Source of the DNA: a bacterium | Lineage (GTDB): Bacteria; Fidelibacterota; Marinisomatia; Marinisomatales; JAHJCW01 | Direction of reading: 5' to 3' | NCBI GenBank assembly: GCA_028282845.1 | Contig: JANQGY010000005.1 | Span: 193,010 to 257,009 of the forward strand | Length of the DNA stretch: 64,000 nucleotides | Part shown: piece after piece, positions 18,753 to 29,800 of the stretch | Layout: every line of letters starts with the position of its first letter | Numbering within the stretch: position 1 is the stretch's first letter | Program-made: the position numbers and the translations under genes | The notes under the pieces: model-generated | What the model saw: the letters and a program-made list of their open reading frames with translations, nothing else | What the model was told of the DNA's origin: nothing | The model's database searches: none

Positions 18753-19178
18753 TCACATTATTTCAATGAAGTGCTCGATCTTTTCTTTGATCTCGTCGCG
18801 GGCTGTGCGGTAACGGCCGATTATTTTATGATCGTTTCTCCAACTACGAAAAGGATCGTCAATGCTCCAGTGTGCTTTTTTGGCATTTCCGGGAAAAGTT
18901 GGACAGAACTCGCGGGCATTATCGCATAAGGTTATCACATAGTCAATACCAAAACTAAAATATTTATCAATCGGATCTGAAGTATGTTTGGATATATCAA
19001 TATTAAGTTCTTTCATAACTTTGATTGCCATTGGATGTACGCGACTTGGGTGGCTACCGGCACTGTAAACTTCAAATTTGTTACCGGCTAAATGCCGCAA
19101 TAAACCCTCTGCCATTTGGGAACGGCAGGAATTACCGGTACAAATAAAAATCACTTTTTTCTTATTTCCCATAACCAC
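18753..19178 (-). CDS. arsC: arsenate reductase, thioredoxin-coupled LMW-PTP type
   Basis: Motif VIFICTGNSCRSQMAEG plus the Cys pair in ITLCDNAREFCP (C10/C82/C89 pattern). Confidence 0.75.
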   Translation of the reverse strand: MVMGNKKKVIFICTGNSCRSQMAEGLLRHLAGNKFEVYSAGSHPSRVHPMAIKVMKELNIDISKHTSDPIDKYFSFGIDYVITLCDNAREFCPTFPGNAKKAHWSIDDPFRSWRNDHKIIGRYRTARDEIKEKIEHFIEIM

Positions 19179-19259
19179 AAAATTACATCAGCACGTCCAA
19201 AAATTGAATAAAAATAGTATATTGATTTCTATTGTATTGAATAATTAATAAATTTTGAG

Positions 19260-20087
19260 ATGAATATTTCTGAAAAGACACCACTATTTGCTAATCCGTT
19301 AGAGCCTTACAGGGGATTAAGCATAGCTGATCTAAACCGTTATTTACCGGCGCTTCAAACCGCCGATGATATTCGCATGACGCCGGATGATATGCAGGAA
19401 GGCATCTTTTTGGCTGATGGTTTAACCGGTTTAAAGAAACTGCCGGGCAATTCTATTGATCTTGTAATTGCCGATCCGCCCGAAGATCCTTGGCGCCGTC
19501 CGCAGGAAAAAGGTGTCCAATTAACCTTACAGGAATTTTATCAATGGAACGAAGACTGGCTGAATGAGGCCCGCCGTGTGTTGAAAGCAACCGGTTCAAT
19601 CTATTTATTATGCGGATGGAAATATTCGGGGATGTATCATTCTTTGCTTTCCAATACCTTCATAGTGCAAACCAGAATTACCTGGCAAAACCGAAATGCT
19701 AAAGATCAGCCCCAGTCCGCTACCTGGCGCAATCATTTGGGTGATATATGGTTTGCCACTAAAACCAATGAATTTTTATTTGGACAAAAATCAGCCGGAA
19801 CCGGCGGTGGCTTGCGACTTGAGAACAAAGAAAGGTTTTCAAATTTTTGGAATGACATCATCCAATTAGGAGGCCAAACGGATACCAAAGAACCTACTGA
19901 CCGACCGCGAGCGCTGATCAATCGCATCTTGGATGCAAGCACCTTTAAACTTAATTATATTGTTGATCCATTTATGCGCAATGGTGAAATTGGTGTAATA
20001 TCAAAACTGCGTGGCCGGAGATTTATCGGTTTTGATACCGATCAGGACAATTTATTAATAGCAATGAAACATATTGACCAAACTTAA
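19260..20087 (+). CDS. beta-class N4/N6 DNA methyltransferase homolog with degenerate catalytic and SAM motifs
   Basis: Motif IV reads DLVIADPPE (expected DPPY/F/W). Motif I reads VDPFMRNGEIG (expected DPFxGSGTT). No partner restriction gene is present. Confidence 0.6.
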   Translation: MNISEKTPLFANPLEPYRGLSIADLNRYLPALQTADDIRMTPDDMQEGIFLADGLTGLKKLPGNSIDLVIADPPEDPWRRPQEKGVQLTLQEFYQWNEDWLNEARRVLKATGSIYLLCGWKYSGMYHSLLSNTFIVQTRITWQNRNAKDQPQSATWRNHLGDIWFATKTNEFLFGQKSAGTGGGLRLENKERFSNFWNDIIQLGGQTDTKEPTDRPRALINRILDASTFKLNYIVDPFMRNGEIGVISKLRGRRFIGFDTDQDNLLIAMKHIDQT

Positions 20088-20096
20088 AAAGAAATA

Positions 20097-20540
20097 ATGA
20101 AATTATTTGAAAAGATCCAAGCCGATATGTATCAGGCAATGAAAAATAAAGAAACTGCTGTAGCAAATACATTGCGGGGCGTGGTTGCGAAGCTCAAAGA
20201 TAAGAAAATAGAGAAACGCGATGAATTAACCGACGCAGAGGAATTAAAAGTCTTGCAAACATTGGCAAAGCAGCGCAAAGAATCAATTAAAAGTTTTCAG
20301 GACGGTGCCCGCTCTGATTTAGTGGAACAGGAAGAGCAAGAGCTGCAAATAATTGAGCGTTATTTACCGCAAATGTTAACGGATAATGAGATTAAAAATA
20401 TTATAAAAGATTCCATCGCTGAAAGCGGAGCACAAGCGCTTGCCGATATTGGTAAAGTAATGCCGCTTGTAATGAAAAAAGGAGCCGGGCGGATAGACGG
20501 GAAAAAAGCGCAGTTGTTTTTAAGAGAACTCTTACAATGA
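20097..20540 (+). CDS. yqeY: GatB/YqeY domain protein
   Basis: 147 aa. Motifs MKNKE..ANTLRGVVAKLKDKKIE and ERYLPQML are typical of YqeY. Confidence 0.8.
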   Translation: MKLFEKIQADMYQAMKNKETAVANTLRGVVAKLKDKKIEKRDELTDAEELKVLQTLAKQRKESIKSFQDGARSDLVEQEEQELQIIERYLPQMLTDNEIKNIIKDSIAESGAQALADIGKVMPLVMKKGAGRIDGKKAQLFLRELLQ

Positions 20541-21097
20541 GTACAATATTATTTTTTGATCTGTTTGCGGCTACCTATCTGATCTTTTTAGGATTCAGTG
20601 GCTTTAAACAAGGGCTTATAATTGAGATCGGCAAAATAATTGGTCTCACATTGGCACTGTTGATCAGCTTTCTTTACTATATTGACTTGGCTGAAGTCCT
20701 GCAACAAGAATTTAGTATTAATCCGATTGCCGTTTTGATAATTAGCTTTTTTGTTATTTTTTCCCTCACTTTGATCGTCACCCGAATTATCATATCTTTA
20801 TTTGATCAGATAATTAGTATTCAAAAACCCCGACTTTTTAATCAACTGTCCGGTTTTACGTTCGGGGCATTTAAGGGCGTCATTATAATTACGATGGTTT
20901 TGTGGTTGTTTGAAATTCTGCCATATCAAAAATGGACAGATACGCTTTATAATAATTCTACGATAGCCCGCGCAATCAGAAATGTCCGCGATGGTAGTAT
21001 AAAATATTTCGGTTGGGAAGAACCGATTAGAGAGAGCAAGGAACACATAAAAGACTTGATGGAGAGATCCGTTAACGATCAAGCGATAGAAGAATAA
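20537..21097 (+). CDS. cvpA: CvpA family membrane protein
   Basis: 186 aa with 4 hydrophobic helices. CvpA-like N-terminus. 4-nt overlap with yqeY. Confidence 0.65.
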   Translation: MSTILFFDLFAATYLIFLGFSGFKQGLIIEIGKIIGLTLALLISFLYYIDLAEVLQQEFSINPIAVLIISFFVIFSLTLIVTRIIISLFDQIISIQKPRLFNQLSGFTFGAFKGVIIITMVLWLFEILPYQKWTDTLYNNSTIARAIRNVRDGSIKYFGWEEPIRESKEHIKDLMERSVNDQAIEE

Positions 21098-22848
21098 TGG
21101 CAAGAATTGCCCAAGATGTTATTGATCGCGTTCGGGATTCGGCTAATATTGTAGAGGTAATTTCGCAGTATATTGATCTGCGAAAACGCGGACAGAACTT
21201 TGTCGGGATTTGTCCTTTCCATAATGATACCCACCCCTCGCTGTATGTTTCTCCAGCAAAAGAAATTTACAAATGCTTTGCCTGCGGAGCCGGAGGGAAC
21301 GTCTTCACATTCTTGATGGAATATGATAAGATCAGTTTCATTGATGCCGTGAAACAGCTTGGCGATCGCTATGGTATTGAAGTACAACTAAGCGGCGCAG
21401 AGAGCGATAAAGATTTGTATTCTAATTTATTTGATATTCATGATTTCTCTGCTGAACTATATCATAAAAATTTGTTCTCTAAAAGTAATGGCAAGATTTT
21501 AAAGTACCTACTTGATCGCGGATTAACAGAAGAAACAATCCGCACATTTAAAGTTGGTTATTCCTTTACGGGATGGGAAGATCTACTTAAAAAAGTACAA
21601 GCTCAAAAATATAAGGATGAGGTAATTGAAAAATCCGGATTGTTCACCAAATCCGAAAAAGGTATTTACGACCGCTTTAGAAATAGGATAATGTTCCCGA
21701 TCTTTAATCATTCCGGAAAAGTGATCGCTTTGGGCGGTCGCACAATGGATCGGGATGAACCGGCTAAGTATATCAACTCACCGGATACGCCACTATATCA
21801 TAAAAGTAACGTACTATATGGATTGCATTTTTCCCGTCAACCTATCAGGCAGAAAAAAGCAGTCGTACTGGTTGAAGGTTACATGGACTTGATTCAATTA
21901 TATCAAGCGGGAATAACCAATGTAGTTGCGGCATCAGGGACAGCACTGACCGAAAGACATGTGCAACAGATCAAGAAATTTACTAATCGAGCCTACTTGG
22001 CTTATGATGGTGATCGCGCCGGGACCGATGCTGCCATCCGGGCCGGATATTTACTGTTTCAGGGCGGTGTTGAACCGTTGGTTTTAAATGTACCGGCTGG
22101 AAAAGATCCTGATGATTGGGTAAGGGAAGTTGGTGCGGACGGTATCAGGAAAGCAGCTAAAAATGCGCAATCGTTGATTAATTTTGAATTGGATTCGCGG
22201 GAGGTTGAACAATTATCTTCGACGCAACAATCCGAGTTGGTTAGCAATATAGTATTCAATATTGCACGGATTGGAGACAGCATAATCCAAAACAGCATCC
22301 TAAAGAATATTGCTCAACGCATTAAAATTGATGAACGGGAATTAGTGCAACGTCTGAAACGGGAACAATCGCGGCAGCGCATAAATGTCGGCACTGATAG
22401 CAATGAAGCACAACCTTTAGAATATTCATCGCTTTTGCAGAAAGCGCAAATTTTGTTAGTAAAAATGCTTGCCAGTGATGATCCGAAAATACGACAAATG
22501 GTGCGAGACCAACTCGATATTGATTTAATCAGCGAGCCATTGTTAAAAAGATTGGCAGAACAGATAATGCCATTATATGATGAAATAAACTATTCATCAT
22601 TAATTGATCAATTTAAAGGAAAGCAGGAAAAAGAATTAGTTGCCAATATATTAATGGAAGAAGTCCCGCAGGGTGAACCGGAAAAAGAAATAAAAGACTG
22701 CATTTTGGTTTTAAAAGCACAACCGCTCAAAGAAAAAATAAAGGCAGTCAGGTTTAAGATTCGTGAATTAGAAGATAGCGGTCAAGATCCGCTTGAGGCG
22801 GTGATGGAAGAAGCGATGCTTCAACAGGAATTAAGGGAGTTGGGTTAA
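21097..22848 (+). CDS. dnaG: DNA primase
   Basis: Zn-ribbon CPFHNDTHPSLYVS..YKCFACGAGGNVFTF. TOPRIM motifs VLVEGYMD and YLAYDGDRAG. Confidence 0.9.
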   Translation: MARIAQDVIDRVRDSANIVEVISQYIDLRKRGQNFVGICPFHNDTHPSLYVSPAKEIYKCFACGAGGNVFTFLMEYDKISFIDAVKQLGDRYGIEVQLSGAESDKDLYSNLFDIHDFSAELYHKNLFSKSNGKILKYLLDRGLTEETIRTFKVGYSFTGWEDLLKKVQAQKYKDEVIEKSGLFTKSEKGIYDRFRNRIMFPIFNHSGKVIALGGRTMDRDEPAKYINSPDTPLYHKSNVLYGLHFSRQPIRQKKAVVLVEGYMDLIQLYQAGITNVVAASGTALTERHVQQIKKFTNRAYLAYDGDRAGTDAAIRAGYLLFQGGVEPLVLNVPAGKDPDDWVREVGADGIRKAAKNAQSLINFELDSREVEQLSSTQQSELVSNIVFNIARIGDSIIQNSILKNIAQRIKIDERELVQRLKREQSRQRINVGTDSNEAQPLEYSSLLQKAQILLVKMLASDDPKIRQMVRDQLDIDLISEPLLKRLAEQIMPLYDEINYSSLIDQFKGKQEKELVANILMEEVPQGEPEKEIKDCILVLKAQPLKEKIKAVRFKIRELEDSGQDPLEAVMEEAMLQQELRELG

Positions 22849-22879
22849 TGTCATTTTTCGGGAGTTCCACGATACTTAG

Positions 22880-22942
22880 GAACGAACGAAAAATCTCTAA
22901 TACCAGTTTGAAGACTTCATTAAGAGATTCTTCGCTACGCTC
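22880..22942. terminator. long imperfect hairpin between convergent dnaG and deoxynucleoside kinase genes
   Basis: GAACGAACGAAAAATCTCT (22880-22898) pairs with AGAGATTCTTCGCTACGCTC (22923-42) in about 16 of 20 positions. The second arm resembles REP-like 'SLRSE/LRMT' repeats. Confidence 0.4.
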
Positions 22943-22949
22943 AGAATGA

Positions 22950-23564
22950 TTAATTCAATTTTTTATTAATATCTTTTATTATATCTTGTAGCTGATTTTT
23001 ATCATCAAAGATATTAAAATCATTGGTGTCCACAATTAGAACCGGTATATCTGAAATATTTGCAATCCATTTATCATAAGACACATTCAAAGTGTGTAAA
23101 TATTCCGGATCAATTGATTTTTCGTAACTGCGGTCACGTTTTTTAATGCGCGTTAATAAAGTATCGGTGGAAGCTTTTAAATAAATTATCAGATCGGGCT
23201 TGCGTAAAAAGGAAATCATTACTTTAAATAGATTACGATAATTCTCCCAGTCCCGATCATCAATGTTACCCATTAGGTGAAGGTTTTTTGCAAAAATTTC
23301 TACGTCTTCATAGATTGTTCGATCCTGAATAACACCCTGCCTAAGTTGTGACATTTTAACATGATTACGAAAGCGATGGTGTAAAAAATAGATTTGCAGA
23401 TTAAAACCCCACCGTTGCATATCACCATAAAAATCATTTAAATAGGGATTATCCAGTACTGATTCATAGAAAGGGTGCCAATTTTGTTTTTCAGCAACGA
23501 TCTCAGTAAAGGTGGTCTTGCCAACGCCGATATTTCCTGCTACTCCGACAAAAGGATTATCCAT
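22950..23564 (-). CDS. deoxynucleoside kinase
   Basis: 204 aa. P-loop VAGNIGVGKTTF, plus motifs DRTIYED and ERS. Confidence 0.85.
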   Translation of the reverse strand: MDNPFVGVAGNIGVGKTTFTEIVAEKQNWHPFYESVLDNPYLNDFYGDMQRWGFNLQIYFLHHRFRNHVKMSQLRQGVIQDRTIYEDVEIFAKNLHLMGNIDDRDWENYRNLFKVMISFLRKPDLIIYLKASTDTLLTRIKKRDRSYEKSIDPEYLHTLNVSYDKWIANISDIPVLIVDTNDFNIFDDKNQLQDIIKDINKKLN

Positions 23565-23610
23565 GTACTAAAATTAATAAGGATTATTAAAGATGATTAA
23601 TACTAAAAAT

Positions 23611-23639
23611 AAAAACCCCCGAATTTTCGGGGGTTTTTC
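23611..23639. terminator. rho-independent terminator (bidirectional)
   Basis: AAAAACCCCCGAATTTTCGGGGGTTTTT, 22 nt after the TBDR stop. Confidence 0.75.
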
Positions 23640-23660
23640 TAAGATCAAGTAAATAAGTAT

Positions 23661-26408
23661 TTACAGACTAATACCCAATTCAGCAACCCATCTTCTACCT
23701 AAACCATAGAAAAATTTGCTTGTTGCTTCATCGTGTTCATATCCATCTTCAGCATCACTTACGTATGCTTCGTCTGTGGCATTAAGTAAATGTATTCCCA
23801 ATTCAATGGGTACACTTAAACCTTCAAATACATATTTTAAATGTACATCAAACAACAATGCGCTTGGCAATTGCCATGAATCTACGCTATCGTCTTCATC
23901 ATCTCTATCAGCCGGATCAAAGTCAGCAAAATGTCTGTCGTAGTATTTTACAACAGGATTGATTGTCAAGCCAGGTATTGGTGCATAATTTACACCGAGT
24001 GATGCTTGAGTTTGGGGGGCATCGCCAACATGCAGATCTTTAGCAAAAATGTCAATGCGGTAGGATTCACCACTTCTGTCATCATCACTTCTTACATCAG
24101 CGTTAACATCACTGTTCCATATCCAATTACCAACTGAAAATGAACCATTGAAGCTGAGATTACGTAAAGCAGCAAATACAAAATCCATTTCAACACCTTG
24201 ATGTAGAGCATCAAGCCCTGAGATATTATAGATAAGATTGTCACGTGTTTTAACAAGTGTTTTATCTAACCATTCTGTGCGATACACATTTGCATTTATA
24301 CGTAACGAACCGTTTCTATAGCCTGCTCCAAACTCAATTGCATTTACAGTTTCATTTTCAGCATTCGGATTTACATCATTAACATAATTTAGATATACAT
24401 TTCTGAAATCAGGAGCAATTGAAAGGATGCCAAAATTACCAAATACGTTAAAGTAATCGTTGATGTTGTAGTTGGCACCAACTTTTCCTGCGTATCCTGT
24501 GAATGGCGCTTTTTCTGAGAGTTGATCACCTGATTCATCAGTATAATTGAAGAAATCTTCTCTTTGGTATTCAGTTCTGGAGACAGCTCCGCTTAGGAAA
24601 GCAGATAATTTATCAGTAGCATATTCTGCTTGTCCGAATCCACCAATCCATTTGTTGTAACCAATATTATGATACGCTACTTTATCACCGATTTTCCTAA
24701 TCTTGTCCTGATTTGTATCCCAATTTTTATCGGCGTATCCGACAAAATAATCACCACCAAGTAGGTTGACAACTTCACGATAATGGATACCTTCATAACT
24801 TCTCGCATCAACACCACCGGTCAATTTAATATCATCTGTTAGTTGGTGTCTAACGGTTGAAATTAATCCATACCAGTTATGATGATTTACAGAGGCGCGA
24901 ATAATAGCTTTGGACCTATATGAATTAGCGTCATAATCAGGATCTCCAACACCTGTAGCATCCGGATCCCAATCAGACCTATTCCAATCAATCAAACCTT
25001 GCCAATCGTAGGTACCATCGGCATTATGTGAAGGGTTAATATACTTATAATAGCTCCACTCACCATCCTTATAAAAAGTTCCACGGCTGTTCAAAGGACC
25101 AGTTCCGCCGCCACGACCGTTTGATCCGTATAATACGGTACTTAAGCTGGTCATGTCGCTAATTTTCCAATGCCAATTTAAATTATAAACCGGTTTATGG
25201 TAATAATTAGTTCTATTATTTATAAGCCAATCACCGCCAACTTTCTTCGTATGTTGGATATCACCAAACAAAAACTCAGAAATTGCATCTAAGGACTCAC
25301 TGCCGGTTGTTAAACTTTCTGCGGTTTTTTCAGAAACATAGCCCCAACCACTACCACGGAAAGTTTTGTTTGTTTTTCTATAATCATCAGAACCATAACC
25401 TGAATAATTGTCCTTAAATGATTCCCAATCTTCTTTTGTCATCAATGCATCACCATCACGTTGACCATGTTGTTGCGGCGCACCTAAAATGGTAAAATCA
25501 AAGATATGATCTCCCATTGATTTGTTTATTGTAAGGAAATATGAATATGCATCGGTCCAGGTTGCATCGGCCCAGCCACGACCAATCTTCTTTTGTAATA
25601 AAGCACTTACTGCAAATCCATTATCCATAACACCAGTGTTGGCTGTTAAGGTTGTTTTAATGAAACCTTCTGAACCAACCTCTTGTTTTAAGCCATAGCC
25701 ACGGCTTCTTTCTGCAGCATTTGTCAAAACATTAACAGTTCCTCCAACAGATGCTTTTGCCAAGTTTGATGCTCCAAGACCTCTTTGGACTTGGATAGAG
25801 GAAGTGACATCAGCCATTCCATCCCAATTAGACCAGTAAACCCAGCCATTTTCCATATCATTGACTGGAACACCATTGATCATAATTGCAGTATTTCTTT
25901 GATCAAAACCACGAACATTTACGCGCGAATCTCCTGAACCACCCGCTTGCATTGAAGCATATACACCTGGTGTTTCATTTAAGATCATCGGCAAGTCACG
26001 TGATGCGACACGTAATTTAAGGTCTTCCTCGTTAACGTTTGTAAATGCAACGGGTGTTTCACGATATTTAGCACGTTGTGCAATAACTTCTAATGCGGCA
26101 ACTTGGATTGCTTGAATATCAAGGTCAAAATGTAGCTCAGTGTTACCGGCTACTTCGAGTGTAAAGGTCTGCTCGTCATAACCGATTACCGAAGCGGTCA
26201 AAGTATATGTGCCATTAGGAACATCTTCGATGACAAAATACCCGTCTGCATCTGCAGCTGCACCCATTGTGGTCCCGCCTACCACCACATTAGCACCGGA
26301 TAAACCATTGCCATTGTCAGCATCGGTAACGGTACCGGTGATTGTGTTTTGCGCAAAAAGCGCAAACGGCAGTACTAAGACCATTAGTATTGTAACAATA
26401 CGGTTCAT
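23661..26408 (-). CDS. TonB-dependent receptor with N-terminal CarboxypepD_reg domain
   Basis: The track ORF extends to 26495, but a signal peptide (MNRIVTILMVLVLPFALFAQ) starts at the ATG at 26408. It has a plug region (VNVRGFDQRNTAIMINGVPVND) and an aromatic C-terminal barrel end. Confidence 0.85.
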   Translation of the reverse strand: MNRIVTILMVLVLPFALFAQNTITGTVTDADNGNGLSGANVVVGGTTMGAAADADGYFVIEDVPNGTYTLTASVIGYDEQTFTLEVAGNTELHFDLDIQAIQVAALEVIAQRAKYRETPVAFTNVNEEDLKLRVASRDLPMILNETPGVYASMQAGGSGDSRVNVRGFDQRNTAIMINGVPVNDMENGWVYWSNWDGMADVTSSIQVQRGLGASNLAKASVGGTVNVLTNAAERSRGYGLKQEVGSEGFIKTTLTANTGVMDNGFAVSALLQKKIGRGWADATWTDAYSYFLTINKSMGDHIFDFTILGAPQQHGQRDGDALMTKEDWESFKDNYSGYGSDDYRKTNKTFRGSGWGYVSEKTAESLTTGSESLDAISEFLFGDIQHTKKVGGDWLINNRTNYYHKPVYNLNWHWKISDMTSLSTVLYGSNGRGGGTGPLNSRGTFYKDGEWSYYKYINPSHNADGTYDWQGLIDWNRSDWDPDATGVGDPDYDANSYRSKAIIRASVNHHNWYGLISTVRHQLTDDIKLTGGVDARSYEGIHYREVVNLLGGDYFVGYADKNWDTNQDKIRKIGDKVAYHNIGYNKWIGGFGQAEYATDKLSAFLSGAVSRTEYQREDFFNYTDESGDQLSEKAPFTGYAGKVGANYNINDYFNVFGNFGILSIAPDFRNVYLNYVNDVNPNAENETVNAIEFGAGYRNGSLRINANVYRTEWLDKTLVKTRDNLIYNISGLDALHQGVEMDFVFAALRNLSFNGSFSVGNWIWNSDVNADVRSDDDRSGESYRIDIFAKDLHVGDAPQTQASLGVNYAPIPGLTINPVVKYYDRHFADFDPADRDDEDDSVDSWQLPSALLFDVHLKYVFEGLSVPIELGIHLLNATDEAYVSDAEDGYEHDEATSKFFYGLGRRWVAELGISL

Positions 26409-26543
26409 AGTAACTCCTTGGGGTTTATTATTGTTAAATGAAATTTGCGGGAGAGATTCCCGCCAACTAGATTTATATTTATATCCAGAATTCAATTTAT
26501 TTTTTTAAATGTTTGTTTAATGCCTGGAATTATCTCCAAAAAT

Positions 26544-26566
26544 TCGCAAAATGCGATGGACATCGC
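26544..26566 (-). promoter_or_regulatory. two mutually exclusive short hairpins sharing the segment TCGC
   Basis: The minus strand reads GCGAT-GTCC-ATCGC-A-TTT-TGCGA-ATTTTT. The distal hairpin is followed by a U-run. The site lies between the dnaE2 3' end and the TBDR start. Confidence 0.3.
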
Positions 26567-26825
26567 AAGGATTAATTAAATATTTTATGTTAGTTCTATA
26601 TTAGAAAAAACAGCTATTAAGTTCTAAATAACAGGTGGTAAAATATATTCAGACGGATTATTTTTAATAAAGTTTACAGATTTTGACAGTGGCAATATTA
26701 TGGGCGTTCTGTCATGTATTTCGGCGATATACTCTTGAAAAGGTTTTGTGATGACGGTATGTGGTAGGATTGTTCCTCACAGCATTAGTTCAACAATTCG
26801 TTTTTCCCCTCACGTAATTGTAATA

Positions 26826-29800
26826 TTACCATGGTGCAGCGAATACCTGCATGGATTTTTTTATGTTTTTTGAACTCTGTAATTCAGTAGAATCTGGTTT
26901 TATTTTGTTCGCATTTTTTGATAAACTACTTAGCTTCTCCACAGTAATGGAATGTACCCCAAAAGCTTTTTCAACTTTTCCACGTACAAGAAATAATTTT
27001 TCCCAATTTAAAAGATCTCCATATTGGCGAAAGGCTTCCGGGAACAGCACGCATTCATAAATATCTGTTTCATCTTCAAGCGTTAGAAATTCCATCGGAT
27101 CATGCTTGCTGGTTTGTGTCTCTTTTCGGGTTATATAAACTCCGGCCAAATTAATTGATTTACCAACATATTTTGGAATATCGCATGCTTTCTTTATCCA
27201 TTTATTGATGATAGGCCAATATGGTTCCAGGGGATGTGAGGATAATGGAAATCCAAAAGTTTTGTATTCAAGCTCGCGTTTTTCTTCCCAAGTTCGCGGT
27301 TTTTTGGAGGGTCGTGCTGTGACTGCTTCGGTTGAGCCGTCGGATAAATAAAAGTGTGCCACACGATAAGCAATTTCTTTGTGTGATAGTTCCGGTTCGA
27401 TTTCATCAAAACAGCCGGCATTAGTAAATGCCATGGCATCGGCAAGGTCTAAATCCATGCGCAGAAGAAAATCGTCCAGCGAATTAAAATCGCCGGCTTT
27501 ACGTTCGTCAAGTACTGCCTGTACCGCTTTTCCCTGCAGGCCTTTAATGCTCATAAAGCCAATTCGAATCTGTTTATCCCTACCTTTGTATTCCTTATTG
27601 CTTCTATTAATGTGCGGCGACAGAATTTTTATACCAAAGCGACGCGCCTCGCTCAAATAGGCGTAAGTTGAATAAAATCCGCCTTGATTTGAGATGACTG
27701 CCGCCAAGAATTCTGCGGTAAAATGTGCTTTCAGATATGCGCAAGTGAATGACAGCATGGCATAGGAAGCAGAATGGGGTTTGCAAAATGAGTATCCTAC
27801 GAAAGAGGCGATCATATCCCAAACCTCGTTGATCAATTTATCGGAATAACCGCGCTCATGCGCACGGCGCATGAATTTTTTCTTCCATCCGGGAATAATA
27901 TGCTGCATTGAATCGCGGGTCATCGTTTTGCGCAAAGCATCGGCTTCGGCGTAGCTGAAACCGGCAAAAACACGTGCCGCCATAGAAACCTGTTCCTCAT
28001 ATACCATTATTCCGTAGCTTTCTTTTAGAAAGGCAAGATCGGGGTGTTGCAATTTCCAAGGTTTGCCATGAATGCGCTCAAGCATTATGTTGGTAAAACG
28101 ATTAGCCGCCGGACGAATTATTGATGAGTAAATGACAACATGTTCAAAGTCAACTACCCTAGATTTAGCAAGCAATTGACGTGTAGCCGGACTTTCAATA
28201 TAGAATACGCCCATGGTGCGACCGGCTTTCATCAGTTCTTCGGTTTTTGAATCGCCAATCGGTTGTATCTGATGGTAATTAACATAACGGCTGTTAGCAG
28301 CTTTCTGTCCATGGTTCAAATTCACTTGCTTGATCGTGTCCCGTACTACAGCCAAACTGCGATTACCAAGAATATCAATTTTTAGCAAACCGGAATCTTC
28401 TACCTGATCTTTTTCCCACTCAACGATCTGAACACCTTTGGGAGCAGTCAATACCGGAACATATTTCCGAATTTCATCCGGTACAATTATTATTCCACCG
28501 GGGTGTACCGATGGATAGCGGAAAGCGCCCATAATTTTCTCAGACTGTCTAAGAATATCAAGCAATGTCTCATCAATGTGGGCATTGGCAAAGCGTGAGT
28601 CAGTGCTCACCCACTTTGCCAGATCAGTGCGCGAGCGATGATAACCGATACGCTTAGTTATGCTTTTTATCTCTTCATTGGAGAGTCCGTGCACTTTAGA
28701 AATTTCACGCACAGCCGATCGCGGTCTAAGGAATACTTGTGATGCTACCATGGCGGTGCGTTCTAAAGTATGTTTTTTAAAGATCGATTCCAAAATATCA
28801 TCGCGTTCATCCCACGGGAAATCAATGTCAATGTCTGGCATGTTCTCGCGCTCGGGATGGATGAAACGCTCAAACTGCAAGTTATATTTGATTGGATCAA
28901 CTTGTGTAATGTACAGTACGTAGCTGATGATGGAAGCCGCGCCTGATCCTCGTCCGATGGTGGCGCGAGTCTGCTTCACAATATCATGGACTATCAAAAA
29001 ATAAGGAGCGAAGCCCTTGGAGCCGATGGGGGACATCTCATGCTCAATACGCTCCCTAACTTTTGAGGTTATCTTTCCATAGCGTTCCCTGGCGCCTCTT
29101 TCGACCAATTCTCGTAGTCTTATGTTTGACTTATATGTGTCTTTCAGTGAAAGGTGCGGGAAGACTGTATTGAGGAATTTCCAATCGGTTTTGCAGCGCT
29201 CTGCCAAATAATGGCTATTGTTTATTGCCTCCAAACTGTTAGGGAAGAGTTGCACCATATCCCGTTCATTGCGAAACCAATGTTGTTCCGATTTTACATC
29301 ACTCGTGTCAACATCAGATAATGTTGAATTGTTCTCAATTGCCCGTAGAACTTTGTGGGACTTTTGATCATCGGGATGTAGAAAGTAAACATCACCGGTG
29401 ACCACCAATTCCAGCTTCATTTGTTTGGATAACGCATGCATTCGTGTTTCCTCAAGTCCCGGCCGTAACTCTATAAACAAATTTGAATTTGGAATAAACT
29501 TACTCAACACCTCCAATGTTGATTTTTGATGCGCGAGGAAGAATAAACCGGAATGCCCTGCGGATAATATTTCTGTGATCGGCCTATTGGGATTATCGTG
29601 AACTTTTGAGATCGCGCGACACATATTCTCGTACCCAACTTGATTTTCTGCTAGTAGAATTACATCATCTTTTGGTGTAACGATATTTACCCCGGCAATT
29701 GGCTTAATCTTGGCAGCGTTGGCATGTTGCACAAAGCGAATAAATCCCCACAGGCCGTTGGTTTCGGTCAGCGCCAAATGCGACATTCCATACTTCTTAG

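Noticed and set aside
26687-26693. CAGTGGC (reverse complement GCCACTG, the B12-box core) in the leader of the minus-strand TonB-dependent receptor, suggesting a cobalamin riboswitch
   Set aside because: Reading the minus strand across 26409-26825, I could not find the other conserved riboswitch elements (GGGAA...GGTGAAAATCC, CCCGCAAC.GTAA). A lone 7-mer is expected by chance. An Infernal scan with RF00174 would settle it.
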